From: Chiloscyllium plagiosum
Lineage: Eukaryota
Direction of reading: 5' to 3'
DNA length: 64,000 nucleotides
Assembly (NCBI RefSeq): GCF_004010195.1
Contig: NC_057718.1
Coordinates: forward strand, 76,337,606 to 76,401,605
Shown here piece by piece: positions 38,607-50,869 of this stretch. The notes below the pieces were generated by a model, which saw only the letters and a list, made by a program, of their open reading frames with translations, was not told the origin of the DNA and ran no database searches. Both the position numbers and the translations under genes were made by a program. The stretch's first letter is position 1. Each line of letters opens with the position of its first letter.

Positions 38607-38819
38607 TTCCTGCTCTGTGGTGCTGCCTGACCTGCTGTGCTTTTCCAGCACCACTCTGATCTAAACTACATCTATTCAGTGCCTCATCTACTTGCCATAT
38701 TAGTTTAAAATCTCCCCAACATCCTGAGCAAACTTCCCAGTGAGGATATTGGACTCATTCTGGCTCAGGTGCAACCCATCCAAATTGTACAGGTCTGACC
38801 TACCCCTGAAACTATCTTT

Positions 38820-41275
38820 TCTTTAAAAATGTACTCATTTTTGGGGATGTGGGCATCACTGGCTGGCAAGCATTTATTGCCTGTCCCTCGTTGCCCTTGA
38901 GAAGGTGATGGTGAGCTGCCGCCTTGAACTGCTGTAGTCCATATGCAGTGGGTTGACCCAAAATGCCATTAGGGAGGGAATTCCAGGACTTTGACCCAGC
39001 AACAGTGAAGGAATACTGATATGTTTCCAAACCAGGATAGTGGGTGACTTGGAGGGGAGCTTGAAGGTGGTGGTGTTCCAATATATATTGCTGCCCTTGT
39101 CTTTCTAGGTGGAAGTGGTTGTCAGTTTGGAAGGTGCTGTCTGAGGAACTTTGGTGATTTTCTGCAGTGCCTCTTGTTGATAATGCACACTGCTGTAACT
39201 GAGCATTGGTGGTGGAGGGAGTGGATGCTTGTGGATACAATGCCAATCAAGCAGGCTGCTTTGTCCTGGATGGTGTCAAGTTTCGTGAGTGTTGGGGCTG
39301 CATTTATCCAGGCAAGTGGTGATTATTCCATCACACTGCTGACTTGTACCTTGTGGATGGTGGACTGACTTTCAGGAGTCAGGAGGTGAGATATTCACTG
39401 CAGTATTCCTAAGCCTCTGACCTGCTCTTGTAGCCATTGCATTTATGTGGTGAGTTCAGTTGAGTTTCTGATCAATGATAACTCCCAGGATGTTGATAGT
39501 GGGGGACTCAGTTATGGTGACACCATTGTCAAGAGGAGGTGGTTAGTTTGTTTCTTATTGGTCATAGCCTGACATTTGTATGGCGCAACTGTTACTTGCC
39601 ACTTGTCAGCACAAGTCTAGATCTTGTCCAGATCTTGTATTTGGACATGGACTGCTTCAGTGTCTGAGGCGTAGTGAATGGTGCTGAACGTTGTGCAATT
39701 ATTGGCGAACATCCCCACTTATGATGGAGGGAATGTCATTGATCAAGTAGCTGAAGATGGTTGGGCATAGGACGCTACCCCGAGGAACTCCTACAGAGAT
39801 ATCCTGGAGCTGAGATGACTGACCTGCAACAATTCCGACCATCATCCTATGTGCCAGATCTGACTAACTACTAGAGAGTTTGCTCCCTGATACCCATTGA
39901 TTCTAGTTTTGCGAGGGCTTTTTTTATGCCATACTCACTTGAATGCAGCCTTGATGTCAGGGCTGTCACGCTCACCTCACCTCTGGACTTCAGCTCTTTA
40001 GTTCATGTTTGAATCAAGGCAGTAATAAGTCAGGAGCTGAGTGGCCCTGGAGGAACCCAAACTGGCTATCACTGAGCAGGCTATTGCTTAGCAGGTTGAT
40101 GATATCTTCCATCAATTTACTGACGGTCAACAATAGACTGTTGGGGTGGTAATTGGCTGGGTTGGATTTGTCTTGCTTTTTATATACAGAACATTTGTGC
40201 AATTTTCCACATTGTCTGGTAAATGCCAGAGTTGTAACTGTACTGGAAAAGCTTGCCTAAATGAGTGGCAAGTTCTGGAGCACAAGGTTTCAATCCTATT
40301 GCTGATATGTTGTCAATGCCCGTAGCCTTTGCAGTATCCAGTGCCTCCAAACATTTCTTGTGGAGTGAATGAATTGGCTGCAGAATGGTATCTGTAATGC
40401 TGGGGACTACTGGAGGAGGTCAAGGTGGATCATCCACTCAGCACTTCTGGCTGAAGATTGCTACGAAAGCTTCAGCCTCATCTTTTGCACTGATGTGCTG
40501 GGCTCTTCCATCATTGAGGATGGGGATATTTGTGGAGCCTCCTCCTCCTGCAGTGAGTTGTTTAATCATCCACCACCATTCACAACTGGATGTGGCAGGA
40601 CTTCAGAGCTTAGATCACTTAGCTCTGCTTATCACTTGCTGCTTATGCTGTTTAGCATGCAAGTAGTCCTGTTTAGTGGCTTCACCAGGTTAACATCTCA
40701 TCTCAGGTATGTCTGGTGCTACACCTGGCATGCCCTCCTGCAATTTCCATTGAACCAGGGTTGATCCAGGGCATGATAGTGATGGTTGAATGGGGAAGTG
40801 CCAAGCCATGAGGTTACAGATTGTGCTAGAGTACAATTGTACTTCTGTTGATGGCTCACAGTCCCTCATGGGTGCCCAGTCTTGAGTTGCAAGATCTGTT
40901 CCAAGTCTGTCCCATTTAGTTTGGTGTCAGTGCCACCCAAAATGATGAAGGTTATTCTCACTGTGAAGATGGGACTTCATCTCCACAAGGATTGTGCAGT
41001 GGTCTCTCTTATTGATACTTTCATGGACAGGTGCATCTGCAGCTGGCAGATTGGTAAGGATAAGGTCCAAGTATGTTTTTCCCTTTTGTCGGTTCCCTCA
41101 CCAGCTGCTGCAGATCCAGTCTGGCAGCTATGTCCTGCAGGACCCGACCAGCTCAATCAGTAGTACTGGTGCCAAATCACTCTTGATGGACCTTGTAATC
41201 CCTCATCCAGGGTACATTTTGTGCCCTTGCCTACCACAGTACTCCCTCTAAGTGTTGTTCAATATGGGGGAGTAA
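38820..41275 (-). mobile_element. Degenerate CR1/L2-group LINE ORF2 with 3' end
   Basis: KKQDKSNPANYHP..SDSQFGFLQGHS; 3' end with AATAAA-containing tail. Confidence 0.85.
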
Positions 41276-41277
41276 CG

Positions 41278-42850
41278 ATCCAAAAATCTAAAGCGCTCCT
41301 TCCTGAACCATTCTTTTAACCACGCGTTCATCTGACCTAACTTCTTTTTCCAATACTCAGTGGCAGGTGATACCTGAAGTAATCTGGAAATAACTTTAGT
41401 AGTCCTCCTCTGTAACCAACTACCTCTCTAAATTCTTTTTGCAGGACCTCATTTATGTTTTTGCTCATGTCAATGGTATTGAAATGTACAACTGTTTGTT
41501 ATTCACCCTCTCCCTGCAGAATACCATGCAGCTGCTTTGAGATATCCCTGACCCTGGCACCAGGGAGGCAGCATACCATACAAGAATCTCATTTGCTGTC
41601 ACCGAACTGCCTGTCCGTTCCCCTGAGAATCAAGTCCCCTATCAGTGAAGCTGTCCCACTCTTTTTCCTCCCCTGCAATGCAGCAGAGCCAACCATGACA
41701 CCCCAAACTTGGCTGTTGCTATTTTCCCCTGAGAGACCATCCACCTCTCCAACAGTATCCAACATGGTATATTTACAATGATATCAGGCGTTTGTGAAAT
41801 CCCATCTGGAATATTGTGTCTAGTTTTAATGTCCTTCTTGAGGAAGGATGTTCTGGCACTGCAAGCAGTTCAGAGGAGGTGCACAAGTTTGATTCCAGAA
41901 ATGAGAGGGCTGTTGTTCAAGAAACGGGTGAGTAGCTTGGGCTTGTACTCGCTGGAGTTCAGAAGAATAAGGGGAGATCTGATTGAAGTACATTAAGTGC
42001 TAAAGCGGATAAGATGAATGTTGAACAGATGCTCCCCCTTGTGGAAGAGTCCAGAACCACATGTTATCAATATAAAGTGAGAGAAGGTAGGTTCAAAACT
42101 GAAATAAAGAAAAACTATTTCTCTCTGACAGTTGTGAATCTCTAAATACAGAGTGCAGTGGCGGTAGAATCAATCAACAGATCCAAGAAAAAAAGTCATT
42201 GAATCCCTACAGTGTGGAAACAGGCCTTTTAGCCCAACAAGTCCATTCCAACCCTCTGAAGAGCATCCCACCCAGACCCATTTCCCTAACTAATGCACCT
42301 AACCTACACATCCCTGAACACTATTAGTATGGTCAATTCACCTAACCTGTACATCTTTGGATTGTGAGAGGAAACCCACGCAGACACAGGGAGAATGTGC
42401 AAACTCCACACAGACAGTCGCCCAAGGCTGGAATTGAACCCAGGCCCCTGACGTTGTGAAGCAGTAGTACTAACCACTGAGCCACCGGCCCACCCCCCCA
42501 GCTATATTTCTGATGAAAAGTGAGATGGGGAGCAGCAGGAAAATAGAAATGAGACTATGATATGTTCAGCCATGATCATGTTAAATGACAGAGTGGACTT
42601 GAAGGGCTGAATTACTTACTCCTGCTCCTATTTCCTATGTGCTGTGCATGACATCCTTAGCATCATGGATGTTCCGTAGTGAGTCCATCCACAGTTCCAG
42701 CTACTCTATGTGGTCAATCAGGAGCTCTGGCTGAGCATGCACTTACTGCAAAAATGGTCACCATGGATATTGGAAGTGTCCCTGATTTCCGACCTATTGC
42801 AGAAGGAGCATTCCAAGGGGCTGAGTTCTCCTACCATTTCAAACCTTATC
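41278..42850 (-). mobile_element. CR1 ORF1 pieces (41278-41778, 42640-42850, plus 38670-38812) split by later insertions
   Basis: Minus strand: N-terminal Cys motif (CSFC..CSKC) and esterase-like region (..VCCLPGARVRDI..). Confidence 0.65.
41790..42640 (+). mobile_element. Old CR1 3' end containing a minus-strand HE1-type SINE at 42197-42490
   Basis: LRKDVLALQAVQRR..LGLYSLEFRRIRGDLIEV; SINE head/body in reverse. Confidence 0.85.
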
Positions 42851-43109
42851 AAGTACATACAATGAACTAGGAAGAAATTACCTTAACTCCTCACTCTCTC
42901 TATTTCTAACCATCTAGAAACCGCAAAACTAAGCATTTTTCACTCTTTATCCCACCCGGTTCTAATTCTCAGTACCTGAAGCTGGTTCCCAAATAGACAT
43001 TCATCTCACTGCTTCCCTGTTACATTACCCCAATTGTTTCTCCCTTGTCAGAATGAATAAATATAATCTTTATTCAAACCTGTTTTTGAAGAACAGTCTT
43101 TGTAGAGAT

Positions 43110-43216
43110 TGTAATAAGGTCAGCAAGCTGGACCTCATACAATATTGGTTCCCTAATTGGGGCTGTTAATCTGGTCCAACCAGGAACCCTGGCTGACAGA
43201 TTAAAAAATGAGTATC
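43110..43216 (+). mobile_element. Possible LTR 5' portion (target of the Tx1-like insertion)
   Basis: Starts TGTAATA, has CCAAT-like and TATA-like motifs; family identity recalled, not verified. Confidence 0.35.
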
Positions 43217-43826
43217 CCCAGGAGTTGTTCAGGGAGAGGTGGGCGCCGCAGGGAGTGGAGTGCATCATTTCTCCCTCCAACTCTATTTTGATTTAGTCCC
43301 TACCCACCCCTTCACTGTTTTGATCACACAGCACTGCCCTTTGATGCGAAGGGCAGTGTTTGTCACTGGCCACCCGGGTGTTTTCCTATCTTCCTGGTGG
43401 TGGAAATTGAATAAAAGATTGGTGCACTTTGTGTCTTTCACTGCGTCTCACACCTGCGCGCACACACCATGGGTGCTGGGGATAAAATAAGCACTACCGC
43501 ACTTAGGTGGTAGTGTGGGGGTTAAAGGAAAAAAAAATAAAAAAAATAAAAAATGAGTATCCCCTGGAGTTGTTCAGGGAGAGGTGGGCGCCGCAGGAAG
43601 TGGAGTGCATCATTTCTCCCTCCAACTCTATTTTGATTTAGTCCCTACCCTCCCCCTCACTGTTTTTGATCACACAGCACTGCCCTTTGAGAAGGGCAGT
43701 GTTTGTCACTGGCCACTCGGGTGTTTTCCTATCTTCCTGGTGGTGGAATTTGAATAAAGATTCGTGCACCTTGTGTCTCTCACTGTGTCTCACACCTGCG
43801 CACACACACCATGGGTGCTGGGGATA
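43217..43826 (+). mobile_element. Two tandem 3' ends of an L1/Tx1-like non-LTR element (345-bp period)
   Basis: ELFRERWAPQGVECIISPSNSILI* (43222-43296), 3' UTR hairpins, AATAAA, A-rich tail; second copy runs into the gap. Confidence 0.65.
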
Positions 43827-44326
43827 NNNNNNNNNNNNNNNNNNNNNNNNNNNNNNNNNNNNNNNNNNNNNNNNNNNNNNNNNNNNNNNNNNNNNNNNNN
43901 NNNNNNNNNNNNNNNNNNNNNNNNNNNNNNNNNNNNNNNNNNNNNNNNNNNNNNNNNNNNNNNNNNNNNNNNNNNNNNNNNNNNNNNNNNNNNNNNNNNN
44001 NNNNNNNNNNNNNNNNNNNNNNNNNNNNNNNNNNNNNNNNNNNNNNNNNNNNNNNNNNNNNNNNNNNNNNNNNNNNNNNNNNNNNNNNNNNNNNNNNNNN
44101 NNNNNNNNNNNNNNNNNNNNNNNNNNNNNNNNNNNNNNNNNNNNNNNNNNNNNNNNNNNNNNNNNNNNNNNNNNNNNNNNNNNNNNNNNNNNNNNNNNNN
44201 NNNNNNNNNNNNNNNNNNNNNNNNNNNNNNNNNNNNNNNNNNNNNNNNNNNNNNNNNNNNNNNNNNNNNNNNNNNNNNNNNNNNNNNNNNNNNNNNNNNN
44301 NNNNNNNNNNNNNNNNNNNNNNNNNN
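43827..44326. other. Assembly gap
   Basis: Run of 500 N. Confidence 1.
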
Positions 44327-44641
44327 CATATCCTAATGGAAGTGGACACCCTTGCCAGGCCAACAGAGCTTGGGGGACACTATTTGAGCGAAAGCATTTG
44401 CACAGCCTTACTCAGGACATATCCTGAACAGATGGACTCTAGTCTAGCCCACAGCCAAACCCCAAAACAAAGCCAAGCCTTGACCAGTTACAATTTTCTG
44501 TAGGATTCTGGCCAGCCAGCCATTGTAGTTGCTGCTGGTAAGCGGACTTGAAACAGCTGGAGTCCTACTAGACCAAAATTGAGTAAGATACCTCAGTCCG
44601 ATATCCATGGGATATTCATACCCTGGAAAGTCCACCTTTGA

Positions 44642-45041
44642 GTGCGAGCTGCAGCGGAGGTAAGACGAAGCCGGAACACTGCAACTAAGGTAAGGCAGTT
44701 TTTAAAAAAGAAATTACTTACCAGTAGCGGACAGTGGTGTTTTCCCTTTCACAGAAGGAGCGGGAGCAGCAGGGAAAGTGACGAGGACCAGAGGGGCAGC
44801 CGGGAAGGAAAGCAGTGAGTATAAATACTCACCCTTTGACGCCAACGGCCATTTTGTGTGCGAGCAGCAGCGGAGGCAAGACGAAGCCGGAACACTGCAG
44901 CTAAGGTAAGGCAGTTTTTAAAAAAAATATTACTTACCGGTAGCGGACAGCGGTGTTTTCCCTTTCACAGAAGGAGCGGGAGCAGCAGGGAAAGTGACGA
45001 GGACCAGAGGGGCAGCCGGGAAGGAAAGCAGTGAGTATAAA
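44642..45041 (+). repeat. ~216-bp CpG-containing tandem duplication (almost two units), possibly a LINE 5' UTR repeat
   Basis: Units start GTGCGAGC at 44642 and 44858 and are nearly identical. Confidence 0.85.
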
Positions 45042-45077
45042 AGCGCGCAGGAGAGGAACCCAAGGCACTACTGAGGT

Positions 45078-45602
45078 AGAACTCTAACAAATACAATCCC
45101 AGGATCCTCAGCCGTTCATCATATGTTAGGCCTACCATTCCGGGGATCATCTGTGTGAATCTCTGCTGGACACGCTCCAATGCCAGTATGTCCTTCCTGA
45201 GGTGTGGGGCCCAAAACTGGACACTGTATTGTAAATGGCGCCTAACCAGAGCTTTATAAAGTCTTAGTAGCACCTCACTGCTTTTACATTCCAACCCTCT
45301 TGAAATAAATGACAACATTACATTTGCTTTCTTAACCACGGACTTAACCTGCAAGTCAACTTTTAGAGAATCCTGGACTAGCTCTCCCAGACCACTTTGT
45401 ACTTTGGATTAATGAATTTTCTCACCGTTTATAAAATAGTCCTTGCCTGTGTTCTTTTTTCCAAAGTGCAAGACCTCACATTTGCTCACATTAAATTTCA
45501 TCAATTTCTTGGACTATTCTCCTAAACTGTCTAAATCTTTCTGTAGCCTCCCCACCTGCCTGTCCGCCTAACTTCGTATCATCGGTAAACGTTGCCAGAA
45601 TG
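45078..45602 (-). mobile_element. CR1 RT C-terminal fragment
   Basis: LYKALVRRHLQYSVQFWAPHLRKDILALERVQ. Confidence 0.9.
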
Positions 45603-45621
45603 CCCATCTTCTGAACTCGTA

Positions 45622-45850
45622 CTGGACTCTACCTCCATGCCAGACAGGACTCTATATGCCTCCCCCCACCCTACAGGACTCTAACCCCAACCGAGACAGG
45701 ACTCTACCTACCTACTCTCCCCCTCCCCCAACACCCTGGACAGGACTCTAATCCCTTCCCCTCGCCCGATAGGACTCTACCACCATCGCACCCACACCTC
45801 CACCAGATGTAACTCTCTCTCTCCAACACCCACCCCAAACAGGACTCTCT
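45622..45850 (+). repeat. Array of GACAGGACTCTA motifs separated by variable C-rich spacers
   Basis: Motif or variant at 45622, 45643, 45672, 45695, 45739, 45768, 45838. Confidence 0.75.
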
Positions 45851-45944
45851 TTACCCCATTTCTCCCATAGCAACAGGATGTCTCAGGTCCAATTCTCCTT
45901 CTCCGACATTTCCTCTCTCTGTTCCACCAGGAGATTCTGTCATT

Positions 45945-48900
45945 CCAGTAATTATTCTCTCAACCTCACAGTAATTATTGACTTACTCTGACAAAAATTA
46001 TTCTCTCACTTACTCTGATAGCAATTATTCTCTTGCTTCTTCTGACGGGAGGTAAATAATCAATTGCTTACTCGGACAGTAATTATTTTCTCACTCACTC
46101 TAACAGTAATTACTGCCTCACTCTGCAAGCAATTATTCTCTCACTCTAACAGGATGTAATTATTCTCTCCCTTATTCAGACAGGAGGTAATTATTCTCAA
46201 TAATAATTATTCCCAACAATAATTATTGTCCCACTCTGACAGGAGGTAATTATCCTCTCATTCTAACAGGAGATAACTATTCTCTCACTCTGATGGGAAC
46301 TATTCTCTCACTCTAACGGGAGGTAATTATTCTCTCACTCTGATAGGTCATAATTATTCTCTCACTCTGACAGGAGGCAATTATTCTCTCACTCTTACGG
46401 GAAGCAATTTTTCTCTCACTCTGACAGGATGTAATTATTTTCTCACTCTAATAGGAGGTAATTATTCTCTCGCTGTGAACAAAGAAGAACAAAGAACAAA
46501 CAAAATTTACAGCCCAGGACCAGGAGCTTCGGCCCTCCAAGCCTGAGCCGATCCAAATCCACTGTCTAAACCTGTCGCCCAATTCCTAAGCATCTGTAAC
46601 CCTCTGCTCCCCACCTACTCATGCATCTGTCCATACGCATCTTAAATGAATCTACTGTGCCTGCCTCTACCACCTCTGCTGGCAACGCATTCCAGACATC
46701 CTCCACCTCCTGTGTAAAGTGCTTGCCGCGTGTATCCCCCTTAAACATTTCACCTCTCACCTTGAAAGCGTGACCTCTCATTATTGAATCCTTCACCCTG
46801 GGAAAAAGCTTATCTCTATCTAGCCTGTCTATACCCTTCATGATTTTGTAGACAACAATCAGGTCCCCCATCAATCTCCTTTTTGCTAATGAAAACAATC
46901 CCAACCTACTCAACCTCTCTTCATAGCTAGCACCTTCCATACCAGGCAATATCCTCATAAACCTTCTCTGCACCCTCTCCAAAGCTTACACATCCTTTTG
47001 GTAATGTGGCGACCAGAACTGTACACAGTATTCTAAATGCGGCCGAAAAAATGTCTTATACAATTTTAACATGACATGCCAGCTCTTATACTCAATGCCC
47101 CGCCCAATGAAGGCAAGCATACTATATGCCTTCTGACCACTCTATCCACCTGTGCAGCACCCTTCTGGGTACAATGGACCTGCGCTCCCAGATCTCTCTG
47201 TTCATCAACTTTTCCCAAGGTTCTTCCGTTCATTGTATAATTTGCTCGAGAATTAGACTTGCCTGTATTTTTTGACAGTCCCTTATGCTTTTTGCTACTC
47301 CACCAATCTTCGTGTCATCCACAAACTTGCTGATCATATCAACATTGCCCTCTTCCAGATCATTTATGTATATCATAAATAATAGTGGCCCCAACACTGA
47401 TCCATGTGGAACACCACTGGTCACCTTTCTCCATTTCGAGAAACTCCCTTCAACTACTACTCTCTGTCTCCTGTTGCTCAACCAGTCCTTTATCCATCTA
47501 GCAAGAACACCCTGCACACCATGTGACTTCACTTTCTCCATTAGTTTACCATGGGGAACCTTATCAAACGCCTTACTAAAGTCCATGTGTATGACATCAA
47601 CAACCCTTCCTTCATCTATCAACTTGGTTACTTCCTCAAAGACCTCTATTAAGTTGGCAAGGCACGATCTCACCCGCACAAAACTGTTGCTTATCGCTGA
47701 TATGTCCATTCTTTTCTAAATATAAATAGATCCAATCCCTCAGTACCTTCTCCAGGAACTTTCCCACCACTGATGTCAGGCTCACTGGCCTGTAGTTACC
47801 AGGAATATCCCAAAGACACTTCTTGTACAGGGGGACAACTTGAGCAACCTTCCAGCCTGCCGGCACCTCACCTGTGTTTAATGATGCCACAAAGATATCT
47901 GTTTGGCCCCCAGCTAATTCCTCTCTCGCCTCCCTCAGCAACCTGGCAGGTAATTAATCTCACACTGTGACGGGAGGTAATTATTCTCTCACCCTGACAG
48001 GAGGTAATTATTCTCTCACCATGACAGGAGGTAATTATTCTCTCACAGACAGGAGGTAATTATTCTCATACTGTGACGGGAAGTAATTAATCTCTCACCC
48101 TGACAGGAGGTTACTATTCTCTCACCCTGGCAGGAGATAATTATTCTCCCACTCTGACAGAAGGTAATTATTCTCTCACTCTGACAGGAGGTAATTATTC
48201 TCTCACTATGACAGGAAGTAATTATTCTCTCAATGTGTCAGGAGGTAATTATTCTCACATTCTGACAGGAAGTAATTATTCTCTCACTCTGACGGGAGGT
48301 AATTATTCTCTCGCTCAGACAGGAGGCAATTATTCTCTCACTATGACAGGAAGTAATTATTCTCTCACTGTATCAGGAGGTAATTATTCTCTCATTATGA
48401 CAGGAAGTCATTATTCTTTCACTCTGACAGGAGGTAATTATTCTCTATGACAGGAAGTAATTATCCTCTCACTGTGTCAGGAGGTAATTATTGTCTCACT
48501 CTGACGGGAAGTAATTATTCTCCCACTCTGATAGGAGGTAATTATTCTCTCACTCTGACAGGATGTAATTATTCTCTCACCCTGACGGGAGGTAATTATT
48601 CTCTCACCCTTACAGGAAATAATTACTTTTCCACCCTGACGGGAGATAATTATTCTCTCACTGACAGGAGATAATTATTCTCTCACCCTGACAGGAGATA
48701 ATTATTCTCTCATTGACAGGAGGTAATTATTCTCTCACCCTGACAGGAGATAATTATTCTCTCAGTGACAGGAGGTAATTATTCTCTCAACCTGACAGGA
48801 GGTAATTACTCTCTCACTTTGACAGGAGATAATTATTCTCTCACTGACGGGAGGTAATTATTCTCTCACCCTGACAGGAGGGAATTATTCTCTCGCTCTG

Positions 48901-49210
48901 ACAGGAGGTAATTTTTCTCTCACCCTGACAGGAGGTAATTAATCTCTCATTGACGGGAGGTAATTCTTCTCTCACTCTGACAAGAGGTAATTATTCTCTC
49001 GCACTGACAGGAGGTAATTATTCTCTCACCCTGACGGGAGGTAATTAATCTCTCACTGACGGGAGGAAATTATTCTCTCACTCTGACAGGAGGTAATTAT
49101 TCTCCACCTCTGACAGAAGGTAATTATTCTCTCACCCTGATGGGAGGTAATTATTCTCTCGCACTGATGGGAGGTAATTATTCTCTCACTCTGACAGGAG
49201 ATAATTATTC
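45945..49210 (+). repeat. 27-bp satellite (CTCTGACAGGAGGTAATTATTCTCTCA) with 25-bp variants, split by a CR1
   Basis: Contiguous tandem units at 45945-46476 (degenerate) and 47948-49210 (more homogeneous). Confidence 0.95.
46477..47947 (-). mobile_element. CR1 LINE, 5'-truncated, RT plus 3' tail
   Basis: [43 protein letters not shown]; (TTCTTTG)n tail. Confidence 0.95.
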
Positions 49211-49383
49211 ATTCCCTGCCAGTAGCAGTGGTGGACTCTCCCTCTTTATGGGCATTTAAACGGGCATTGGGTAGGCATATGGAGGATAGTGGGCTAGTGG
49301 AGGTTAGGTGGGCTTGGATCGGCGCAACATCGAGGGCCAAAGGGCCTGTACTGCGCTGTATTTTTCTATGTTCTATGTTCTAT
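49211..49383 (+). mobile_element. CR1 3' end
   Basis: AAAGGGCCTGTACTGCGCTGTA-(TTCTATG)n tail. Confidence 0.85.
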
Positions 49384-49639
49384 CTGATTAGGACCACTTA
49401 AACTGATTAGTGATACCCAAATCAGAACCAATCAAAATAAATGTCTAGTTAAATAGTCATCCAGTTCTAATGGCGGTCGATACTGGCTATGCCATAGCGG
49501 TGATTGCAGAATTTTAATAAAATTCGCTCTGGATCCCAGCCTTTACGTTTGTGCAAGATCTTGTCCAGGACAGAAAACATATACCGGTGATCCTTTGCTG
49601 ATTAAATTTATAACTTTGATTCCAGTCTCTTATGAGAAG

Positions 49640-50315
49640 CAACTGGTTCAGTACCAGTGACTGGTTGCAAGAGATTCACCTAGATTGACTCAACATTTTT
49701 CAATTAGAAAATGGCTGCCTGAATGAAGTCCTAATTAAATACCTGGAAGTCTTCCAGGAAAGTCTAGGGACTATCAAAGGAACCAAAGGCCACCTTGTAG
49801 TTTGCCTAGGAAGCAATTCCATGATTCCACAAGTCCTACCCAGTGCCATTTACTTTACAGACAAAAGTAGAGACAGAAATGAGAAGCCTGGAAAATGAAG
49901 GAATCAAACCAGTCCAGTTTGCAAAATGAGCAACACTGGTCGTACCGATTTTGAATCCCAATGGGTCAGTCTACCTTTGTGGAGATTTTAGAGAAACGGG
50001 TAAGCTACTTTTTGCAGCTGGATAAATACCCAATCCCTCACATGGAGAACTTAATGGCAGTGCTAGCAGGGGAACTGTACTTCACTAACCTGGACATGTG
50101 CCTTGCATACTTACAATTGCACTTGGGCAAAGATTCCCAGAAACATGCTATAATTAATACCCATAAGGGCTTGTACCAATAAACGAGACTGCTATGTAGG
50201 TTATTGTCAGCCTGTGCAATTTTCCTTTGGATGACAATGAACATTTTGCAAGTTGTACCTCAGGTCACCATTTATCGAGATGACATTCTAATAACAGGAA
50301 AACAAATAAGAAGCA
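49640..50315 (+). mobile_element. Decayed Gypsy-type pol (RT) fragment
   Basis: PVPF..LENEGI..VVPI..LCGDF; YPIP..LD..AYLQL..INTHKGLYQ; downstream IYRDDILITG. Confidence 0.85.
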
Positions 50316-50319
50316 ATTA

Positions 50320-50475
50320 TAAGGCATCATGGCAACCCACAAACCCATCAACACACTAAAACAGCAGCTAATTAACTTGAAAGACCCTATACAGACAACA
50401 AGCAAAACTCATGTCATGTAAAAAATACCGTGCAAGGATTGTAACAAACACTACATTGGACAAACAGGCAGAAAT
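50320..50475 (+). mobile_element. Penelope GIY-YIG fragment
   Basis: THKPINTLKQQL..KDP..KIPCKDCNKHYIGQTGR, homologous to ORF 18890. Confidence 0.85.
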
Positions 50476-50869
50476 GCGCAGTTTAGTACTTATTGTTACT
50501 TTACCTACAAGAATAACTTATTTTCTTTATATGTTAATGTCCATCTATCCTTCAGTCTCCTCATGTGTTCAAATTCTACCCACACTGTGCTATTTATACT
50601 CAGTGAGTTGCAATTCCATGATATAGTTATACAGTTGCTTCAGGATCCTGAAGTCCTTGAAGAACAAAATGCTCTTTGTTCAACTCCTGGAGGAATTGCT
50701 GAAACTGGTACTGGGAAAAAAGGTGAGTCTAAATGTCCATGGGCCTGCGGGAGGCAGTTGCTGTAAGATTGAATTCCCAATGACTGATTTAAGAGAATTA
50801 TGTAACATTTATTGTAAGAAGGAAACTAAAAGGACAACATAAACTACTGCAGGACAAGTGTGCCTTTAA

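Larger units (their letters stand above)
36600..38667 (+). mobile_element. Penelope-like retroelement, disrupted RT plus 3' terminal repeat (family A); may extend 5' to ~36170
   Basis: ARFYLLPKIHK, FTMDIQSL, NNFSF..QTKGVAMG, FHRYIDD, LPFLDL, YKPTDSHSYL; stops and frameshifts; endonuclease region falls in the gap. Confidence 0.92.

Noticed and set aside
37342..44503. Long ORFs containing X runs
   Set aside because: Artefacts of reading through the N gaps.
48208..48674. ORFs with TLTGGNYSL repeats
   Set aside because: A by-product of a 27-bp unit; the 25-bp variants break the frame and there are no gene signals.
45622..49210. CRISPR-like appearance of the repeat arrays
   Set aside because: The 27-mer has no spacers. 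The 12-mer array has too short a repeat and low-complexity spacers. There are no cas genes and the context is eukaryotic.
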